Below, piece after piece: positions 58,401 to 64,000 of a stretch of DNA of 64,000 nt. Under the pieces are notes generated by a model. The model was not told where the DNA came from, searched no databases, and worked only from the letters and a program-made list of their open reading frames with translations. The position numbers and the translations under genes are program-made. Source of the stretch: Spirochaetia bacterium (GTDB taxonomy: Bacteria; Spirochaetota; Spirochaetia; DSM-2461). The stretch is from NCBI GenBank assembly GCA_963666985.2, contig CAXXIA010000002.1:928001-992000 (forward strand), written 5' to 3'. Each line of letters starts with the position of its first letter. Position 1 is the first letter of the stretch.

Positions 58401-59469
58401 AATCATCAAAGGAAAAGTCTTCAGGCGGCGCTTCGTCTTCAGGCGCATTATTTCCCGGTTCTTCGTCTCCGAGTTCGTCGATGCCGGGACTTTCCTCTTC
58501 GGGGAATCCCTCATCGGCCATCTCGTCAAAATTCAAATCTTCAAGGGAAAAATCATCTTCCGTATCTTCGGCGCCGTCCGGCTCTTCATTCGGTTCACTT
58601 GAAGAGAGGGGCTCCGTTTCCTCGCCGCCAGCCGCCTCAACATCACTAAAATCCAAATCGCCGAGTAAATCGTCGATATTTTCAACCTCGTCCGCAGGAG
58701 AGCCGCCAAACGAATTATCGCCTTCGGCGGCATTCCCCGCCGATGAATCATCAAGCAAATCATCAATTTCGGCGGCATCTTCAGCCGAAGAATCGCCGAG
58801 GAGGCCGTCGAAACCATCGGCGGCAAGAGGTTCAAAATCGTCTATGGAAAAATCGTCGATATCCTCTTCCGGACCGCCGAAATCCGCCGGACCGGAATCA
58901 TCGGTTCCAATTTCTTCCGTTTCATCCGATTCGACTCCGGAATCGTCCCCGGGGAAGTCCTCCATCGCCTCATCAATATCGATATCGCCGAATAAATCTT
59001 CGATATCTTCAATCTCTTCCGCAGGAGATCCGCGAAACGAGTTATCGGCATCGGCGGCATCGTCCGCCGACGAGTTATCAAGCAAATCATCAATTTCGGC
59101 GAGATCCTCCGCCGGCGAATCGCCGAGAAGATCATCGAAACCTTCGGCGTTAAGAGGTTCAAAATCGTCTATGGAAAAATCGTCGATATCCTCTTCCGGA
59201 CCGCCGGAATCAGCCGCGGAATCGAAAGATTCGGGAGTTTCGAGTCCTTCCAGATCTTCCGAATAAGCGCCCAGCAAGGCTTCCATCTCATCAACGCCGT
59301 CGCCGGTTGAAATCTCCTCGTCGAGCATCCTCTCCAATTCAGGATCGGAAGGGATTTCGGGCGGCCTTATATCGGACGGTTTTTCACCGCGTTCGGCGAG
59401 AATACGCGGCTCGTCTCCCAGTTCGTTGATATTCTTTTTTAAAGCGTCCAGTGCTTCGAGAGTCGGCAT
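55471..59469 (-). CDS. flcA: Periplasmic-type flagellar collar protein FlcA-like (acidic N-terminus, single TM, TPR-rich C-terminus)
   Basis: MPTLEAL...LGDEP N-terminus, ~600-aa D/E-rich region, LPRNL, TM followed by YRPLKAESLYEKG, TPR-like repeats, NNLGV. Confidence 0.75.
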   Translation of the reverse strand: MPTLEALDALKKNINELGDEPRILAERGEKPSDIRPPEIPSDPELERMLDEEISTGDGVDEMEALLGAYSEDLEGLETPESFDSAADSGGPEEDIDDFSIDDFEPLNAEGFDDLLGDSPAEDLAEIDDLLDNSSADDAADADNSFRGSPAEEIEDIEDLFGDIDIDEAMEDFPGDDSGVESDETEEIGTDDSGPADFGGPEEDIDDFSIDDFEPLAADGFDGLLGDSSAEDAAEIDDLLDDSSAGNAAEGDNSFGGSPADEVENIDDLLGDLDFSDVEAAGGEETEPLSSSEPNEEPDGAEDTEDDFSLEDLNFDEMADEGFPEEESPGIDELGDEEPGNNAPEDEAPPEDFSFDDLDFGEAETAFEDSAEPEEDSSMESLELPEDDEGLGDLGTGDLDDFSLDDLDFGESDDDSETESFESGEDESEEAFEIEELEESGELEVPDEIGDDDFETPENLDENGLSPDEDSFDSEELGELDDLEDAEEISEEIPDVESALDDLGDLDSLDEGSQDELSFDDELNFDEELGADALADITDIDDDNQQFSMEDFGEQYNFKEGEDGYADNLGVDLEKLEQSLDEAAEDEAKPFSISEEDFEEMLETLASLPRNLQMALEELLADERRNPQDLQPLIDALIDGDSPKALADQFKSITKRSIKLPRSYQKRSGRALEERRAALVYQLVKEGWPVVRTILAIIAAAWGVTAALFMWVYRPLKAESLYEKGLEAVSVDNVDSAVSLFHDAWDGWPLFAAADEEGDRIADAPVVVKGWKNDGRWLDYARAFRRRKHWNSACDFYDGYLAVRPGEKDARLEYAEFLSGILGRYPDALDVLEGAPRTGGRNPDRDYTLAAGDVYLDWAEDDPSKYEEARFRYAKVLETSRNDERAILSMMRYNLRLNNEEEIETLLPIFKSEVPGQTDEPELAAEVFADLGDYHLLRGNTEESRRFINLALAANPQSPEPHYIDARYWKALGDEGKELEADKRTLIRLDGRESLSRDDLEMRILTLGSMGRIYSARALRENDNPPKAAEYRNIATSSYSKALRLYEDALSRNQLGASPVYGKLYLELGDILYEGITGAGDLTYSLSPRSELLSPGSERYEELAQAVRYYDEAETVFGGKTGGTNLPAGTLYRRAYAKYALGREGALVDFHRVVRNRPGDYEARLALAAALLRSGDYEASRSQYARVIELLDEEVRRTGGFLNPAEKQVHGELLIRYVVAWNNLGVGRARSAARGGGEDDYAAALSAFTMSSEYSDEVYTDMPSLAARGLTPLRDLDERRIMSSSETDERNLLEEKSTYPYRNRLRLLGLETAEAGEDEFLSYTDIPSDLLRR
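58825..59206. repeat. Internal tandem duplication in flcA (327-bp period, 55-bp exact core)
   Basis: AAGAGGTTCAAAATCGTCTATGGAAAAATCGTCGATATCCTCTTCCGGACCGCCG at 58825-58879 and 59152-59206. Confidence 0.85.
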
Positions 59470-59664
59470 CCTTACGTCCTACGGAGATTATCGGGTATAA
59501 GATATTCTCATATCCGAGAGAGCCCCCTATCTCTTAATATCGGCGGAAATCACCTCTATTGAAGGACAGTTGTTCCATAAGTCGGATAATATCCGGATTT
59601 CATGCGACTCATTCTAACCGAGAATGGGAAATATTTGGTGAATGCGTTCTGAGGAACACACAAC

Positions 59665-59719
59665 AGAAAAAGAAACGGGCCGAATCGGCCCGTTTCTCAT
59701 CCCCGGCCGAAGGCCGGGG
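59665..59719 (-). terminator. Rho-independent terminator of the sugar ABC operon (double hairpin)
   Basis: CCCCGGCC-GAA-GGCCGGGG, then on the minus strand AGAAACGGGCCGA-T-TCGGCCCGTTTCT followed by TTTT. Confidence 0.75.
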
Positions 59720-59738
59720 TCACTTTTAAAATCCAAGA

Positions 59739-60731
59739 TTAATACGGCAGCTTGGATTCCCATTCCGCGGCGTTATCGGCCGTAATGGTTGTTCCCGTGG
59801 AGAGCTGCGTATATTCGATCGATTCACCCGCCATCCAGGAATCAATCACCTCGGCAAGCTTGGTAATGATATCGGTTCCGGTCTGGGTAACCGTCAGCTG
59901 CATCCGGCCCTCTTTAATGCGCTTCATGCTGTCGATGAAGGCCTCGAGAGAAACAACGGTAATCTCGCCGGGTGCATAACCGGCCTCTTCAATGGCCTGA
60001 ATACCGCCGAGAGCGAATTCATCGGAAAGAGCGAAGACAAAATCGATGTTTTTATTGGCAACCAGAAGGGCGCTCATTTCCTCATAGGCGGTATCGCGGG
60101 AAGCGCCGCAATACTTGACGGCAAGCTGATTATAGCCGGCATCCGCAAAGAACTCGTTCACGGCGGCTTCGCGGACGATATAGTCGTATTGGGCTTCCCA
60201 ACCCGAAAGGATAACGTAGTTCGCACCGGCATCGAAATGATCGAGTATGTACTTCGCGCCGGGACCTACCAAACCGTTTTTCTGATCGGGACCCACATAG
60301 CAGTAAACCAGGGACTGTCCTTCCTCTTTAACGTCGGACGTGATTGTAATAACATCCATGCCCGCTTCGGAAAAATCCTGAACATAGGTAACGGCGGCGC
60401 CCGAGTCGACGGGGAACAGAACAATCAGATCGACGATATCGTCTGAGATAACGGACGCGACCTGCTCGGTCTGAGTGTTCACATCTCCATTGCCGTCGTA
60501 AACTTCCAAATCCCAGCCTTTGTTATCCGCCAAAACCTGAAACTGATTCAGGATGTCTATCGGATAGGGAGCCAATGTGGTGGTAACGGCGATATAGGCG
60601 ACGGTAAACACACCATCTCCGTTTCTATCACCGGCAACATCGGATTTTTTCTCGGAATCGCTTTTTCCTTTGCAGGAAACAAAAGCGAAAACCATAACGA
60701 GAGCCAGAAGAAGCACCAAAAACCTTTTCAT
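59739..60731 (-). CDS. Sugar ABC transporter substrate-binding lipoprotein (RbsB-like)
   Basis: Lipobox FVSC; YDGNGD...Q, VDLIVLFPVD, YVGPD, FALSDEFALG. Confidence 0.88.
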   Translation of the reverse strand: MKRFLVLLLALVMVFAFVSCKGKSDSEKKSDVAGDRNGDGVFTVAYIAVTTTLAPYPIDILNQFQVLADNKGWDLEVYDGNGDVNTQTEQVASVISDDIVDLIVLFPVDSGAAVTYVQDFSEAGMDVITITSDVKEEGQSLVYCYVGPDQKNGLVGPGAKYILDHFDAGANYVILSGWEAQYDYIVREAAVNEFFADAGYNQLAVKYCGASRDTAYEEMSALLVANKNIDFVFALSDEFALGGIQAIEEAGYAPGEITVVSLEAFIDSMKRIKEGRMQLTVTQTGTDIITKLAEVIDSWMAGESIEYTQLSTGTTITADNAAEWESKLPY

Positions 60732-60755
60732 TTTAAGATCCTCCATAAAATGATT

Positions 60756-61748
60756 TTAACCTTTTTGATTTTTTATATGACTTGACGATTTATCGAGAAT
60801 AAGAACGAGAATCACCACAATCCCGGTAATAAGCGCCTGCATGGCCGTCCGCATACCCAGCTTTGTCATGACATTATTGATGATCTGAATAATGGCCACT
60901 CCCATAATGCACATGGCCATATTCCCCTTCCCCCCCTGCATTTTGACGCCGCCGACCACGACCGAACAGATGGCGATTATGTCCAGGTTGTCGCCCATAT
61001 TGTAGGTGGACGTGTTCATCCGCATCACGACAAGCATTGAACACACCGAAGCGCAGAAGCCGCCTATGGTGAAAGCGATTCGCGTCAGACGGTCGTTATT
61101 GATTCCGGAAAAGAGACCCGCCTCGGGATTGCCTCCGACGACGTACATATTGACGCCGCTGCGTTTATACCGAAGAAACAGGGCAAAAGCGACAAGAAAA
61201 ACAAGACAGACAATATGAGAGGGTGTTAAAAAACCGAACAGCTTCAAATTGTAGAACTTTGAAAACGTCTTTCCGAAAAGAGAAATCTCCACGGGGATGC
61301 CGCCCGAGTCATGATTCAAGATAAGAACAAGACCTTTCAGTCCGGTCATGACGGCCAGGGTTCCGATGAGGGAAGGAATTTTCAATCTGGTGATAATGGT
61401 TCCGTTGAGATATCCGAGAGCACTGCCTATGGCCAGCGTGATTAAAAATGCGGGGAAGAATCCTATGGAGTTGCACATAATGACGAATAAGGTTCCGTCG
61501 AGAGCAACTTGATACGCCAAAGACAAATCGATTCCGCCCACAAGGAAAATAAACGTTAAGCCGATGGCCAGGATTCCGTATGTCCCGATGGATTGCGTCA
61601 GATTAATGATATTGCCCACTCTGGTGAATTTGGGCGAAGCGCTGATACAGGCGGCGGCGATAACCAGTATCAGAATAAAGGCGCTGTTGTTGTCGCGAAA
61701 GAATCGCGTAACTGGATTGGTTTTCAGTTTATCCGGTGCAAATTTCAC
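60756..61748 (-). CDS. Sugar ABC permease (RbsC-like)
   Basis: GGIDLS, IPSLIGTL, VGGNPEAGLFSGI, VVVGG..MQGGKG. Start probably GTG 61748 (GTGA overlap). Confidence 0.9.
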   Translation of the reverse strand: MKFAPDKLKTNPVTRFFRDNNSAFILILVIAAACISASPKFTRVGNIINLTQSIGTYGILAIGLTFIFLVGGIDLSLAYQVALDGTLFVIMCNSIGFFPAFLITLAIGSALGYLNGTIITRLKIPSLIGTLAVMTGLKGLVLILNHDSGGIPVEISLFGKTFSKFYNLKLFGFLTPSHIVCLVFLVAFALFLRYKRSGVNMYVVGGNPEAGLFSGINNDRLTRIAFTIGGFCASVCSMLVVMRMNTSTYNMGDNLDIIAICSVVVGGVKMQGGKGNMAMCIMGVAIIQIINNVMTKLGMRTAMQALITGIVVILVLILDKSSSHIKNQKG

Positions 61749-62710
61749 GACTTGAATCCTCCCGAGCTTTTCACGTCCATCCACATGGCGGCCAACAGTA
61801 TGAAGCCCTGAGTAATGTACGTTGCATTCGACCCAAGCCCGATTAATGTAAACCCGTTGGAGAGGATTCCAACGAACAGCACGCCCAAAATCGTCCCGAG
61901 AACATTGCCCTTTCCGCCGGTAACGCTCGTTCCTCCGAGAACAACGGCGGTCAGAACGTCAAATTCCAGACCGACGCCGGAATACGGCTGAACCGACATA
62001 ACCTTCGCGTAAAGCACCGTTCCGGCCATGCCCGTGGCCAAACCCGTCAGCATATAAACGGCCAAAACGATCAGCCAGCAGCGGATGCCGGAAAAATGAG
62101 CGCTGACCGAATTGGCGCCGACGGCGTACACCTTGGTGCCGAAAGAAGTCTTTTTCAGCAGAAACCAAAACACAACCGCGAAAAGCAGAAACACCAGTAT
62201 GGGTGTCGGAATATTCAGGATTTGTCCCTGTCCGACAAATTCAAGAACCGAACTCGGATCCAGTTTTGTTACGAACCGTCCGTCCGAATACAATGTCGTA
62301 ACGCCTTTAAAGATATACATCGTTCCGAGAGTGGCGATAAAAGCATTGAGCCGCAGAACACCGACAAGAAATCCGTTCAGAGCACCGCAGGCCGTACCGG
62401 CAAGAACCGCGAAAAGGAGGGCTTCGCCGAAGTTCCCCGAATGCTGACCGGTAATGACGGCGCAGAAACCGATCATCCAGCCCAGAGACAAATCGATGTT
62501 TCCGGAAACCATGACAAGCGTTACGGCGCAGGACATAATCCCGACGACGGAAACCGAACGCAGAAGGTTTGTAATATTTTTCGCCGTAAAAAACTTGGCC
62601 CCGCTGAACGAGACGACAATCACGACAAAAACAATCACCATTGCGATGACGCCGAGGTTTTCTTTGCCCGCAAACCATTGACCGCGGCGGGAGGAATTAC
62701 GTTCTTTCAT
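61745..62710 (-). CDS. Sugar ABC permease (RbsC-like)
   Basis: GNIDLS, AFIATLG, AVGAN..SAHFSGI, AVVLGGTSVTGGKG. Confidence 0.9.
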   Translation of the reverse strand: MKERNSSRRGQWFAGKENLGVIAMVIVFVVIVVSFSGAKFFTAKNITNLLRSVSVVGIMSCAVTLVMVSGNIDLSLGWMIGFCAVITGQHSGNFGEALLFAVLAGTACGALNGFLVGVLRLNAFIATLGTMYIFKGVTTLYSDGRFVTKLDPSSVLEFVGQGQILNIPTPILVFLLFAVVFWFLLKKTSFGTKVYAVGANSVSAHFSGIRCWLIVLAVYMLTGLATGMAGTVLYAKVMSVQPYSGVGLEFDVLTAVVLGGTSVTGGKGNVLGTILGVLFVGILSNGFTLIGLGSNATYITQGFILLAAMWMDVKSSGGFKS

Positions 62711-64000
62711 GCTTTTCCGGTCCCCAAGGCGGCCGTGAGAATATCCTCTCGAGAAGGTTCCCCGCTCATATCGAACTGTGCCGTCATTTTTCCTTCGTGG
62801 ATTGTAATCACGCTGTCGCTCAGACCCATAACCTCCTCAATTTCAGAGGAAACGACGATTATCGCCACTCCCTTTTCCGCAAGATCACCCAGAAGTGAGT
62901 AGATTTCAGCCTTGGAACCGATATCGATACCGCGCGTGGGCTCATCCACGATTAAAAGCTTCGGATTCATCATCAGCCATTTGGCGACAACCACCTTCTG
63001 CTGATTTCCTCCGGACAGATTCCCGGTAAGCTGATGAAACGAGGGTGTTTTAATACTGATGTCGTCAATATACCGGTCGGTGATTTTTCGCTGCTTACTT
63101 CTGTTGATAACACCCAATGAAGTGAACTGCCGAAGATGAACAATCGTCATATTGATCAGAATCGAAAGCTGGAGCATAAGGCCTTCTTTCTTCCGATCCT
63201 CCGTGCAGAAGCCTATCCCCGAGCCGATGGCGGCGTTTGATGATCCAGGACGCAGTTTCCTGCCGTTCATGAGGATCTCTCCGGCCTCATATTTATCCAC
63301 CCCGAAAATCGCCCTCATGATTTCGGAGCGCCCCGCTCCGATAAGACCGAAGAAACCGACGATTTCACCGGAACGCACGTTGAAAGAGATATCCTCAAAA
63401 ATCCCCTTGCTCGTAAGATTCCTGACTTCCAGAACGTTGCCGCCGATGGGAACGGTTTTCTTGTTGTACATGTTCTCAAGACTGCGTCCGATCATGTTGG
63501 CAACCAGCCGTTCTTCGGTGATTTCGTTCTTATTCACGGTAATGATGTTCTCGCCGTCCCGGATTACGGTAATCCGATCGGAGAGAAGCATCACCTCATC
63601 CAGCTTGTGGGATATATAGACGATGGCGATGTTTTTCTTCTTCAGAAACGAAATGATTCTAAAGAGCGTTTCGGTTTCCGATTCGGATAGGGAGGATGTC
63701 GGCTCATCCATAATGATGCAGCGGGCTTTCCGAGTAAGCGCGCGACCGATTTCAACCATCTGCTGCTGTCCGATGGACAGACTGCCCGCGGGAGTTTTCG
63801 GCGAGACATCAAGCCCCAGTTCGCGCAGGACTTCCTTTGAGTCGGCATAAAGTTTTTTGTAGTCAACGACGGAACCCTTCATGGGGAGGTTGCCGATAAA
63901 AAGATTCTTGGCGACATCCTGCTCGGGTACGATGGAAAGTTCCTGATAGACACAGGAAACCCCTCTGACGATTCCTTCGTGTGTCGATTTGAAATTGACA
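62707..64000 (-). CDS. Sugar ABC transporter ATP-binding protein (RbsA/MglA-like), 5' end outside the window
   Basis: Frame open to the window edge (VYQELS..P); MDEPTSSL, ISHKL, EDRKKEG, LSGGNQQK, DEPTRGID. Confidence 0.92.
   Translation of the reverse strand, partial: VNFKSTHEGIVRGVSCVYQELSIVPEQDVAKNLFIGNLPMKGSVVDYKKLYADSKEVLRELGLDVSPKTPAGSLSIGQQQMVEIGRALTRKARCIIMDEPTSSLSESETETLFRIISFLKKKNIAIVYISHKLDEVMLLSDRITVIRDGENIITVNKNEITEERLVANMIGRSLENMYNKKTVPIGGNVLEVRNLTSKGIFEDISFNVRSGEIVGFFGLIGAGRSEIMRAIFGVDKYEAGEILMNGRKLRPGSSNAAIGSGIGFCTEDRKKEGLMLQLSILINMTIVHLRQFTSLGVINRSKQRKITDRYIDDISIKTPSFHQLTGNLSGGNQQKVVVAKWLMMNPKLLIVDEPTRGIDIGSKAEIYSLLGDLAEKGVAIIVVSSEIEEVMGLSDSVITIHEGKMTAQFDMSGEPSREDILTAALGTGKA

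Noticed and set aside
57842..59266. 474-aa Ser-rich ORF on the plus strand
   Set aside because: Antisense shadow of the Asp/Glu-rich flcA codons.

Overview
Core-chromosome segment of a probably free-living spirochaete. The assignment rests on an FlcA-type flagellar collar protein and spirochaete-style lipoproteins. About 45 CDS can be supported. Housekeeping and metabolic genes: gdhA, corA, degP, fadD, glmS, trxA, ssb, manC, ilvE, flcA. There are three ABC importers (Liv-type, Fe3+/thiamine-type, sugar) and a dense block of signalling genes. No rRNA, tRNA, CRISPR array, transposase or integrase was seen. Most notable observations: (1) a divergent pair of a PilZ-fused PhcB-like SAM methyltransferase and a multi-TM sensor kinase-REC-HD-GYP fusion, a candidate fatty-acid-methyl-ester quorum-sensing circuit wired to c-di-GMP; (2) two paralogous ~1000-aa membrane sensors with no output domain, ending in the same conserved helix, directly upstream of a sensor-less hybrid kinase (candidate split histidine kinase); (3) a structured leader with a small uORF and alternative pairings before corA; (4) a 157-bp tandem repeat array that re-copies the last 13 bp of glmS; (5) a sigma-54-type promoter before a two-repeat Cys-rich protein coupled to glutamate dehydrogenase; (6) an ATP-grasp ligase fused to a degenerate M20 peptidase. 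All family assignments come from reading motifs by eye; no database searches were run.
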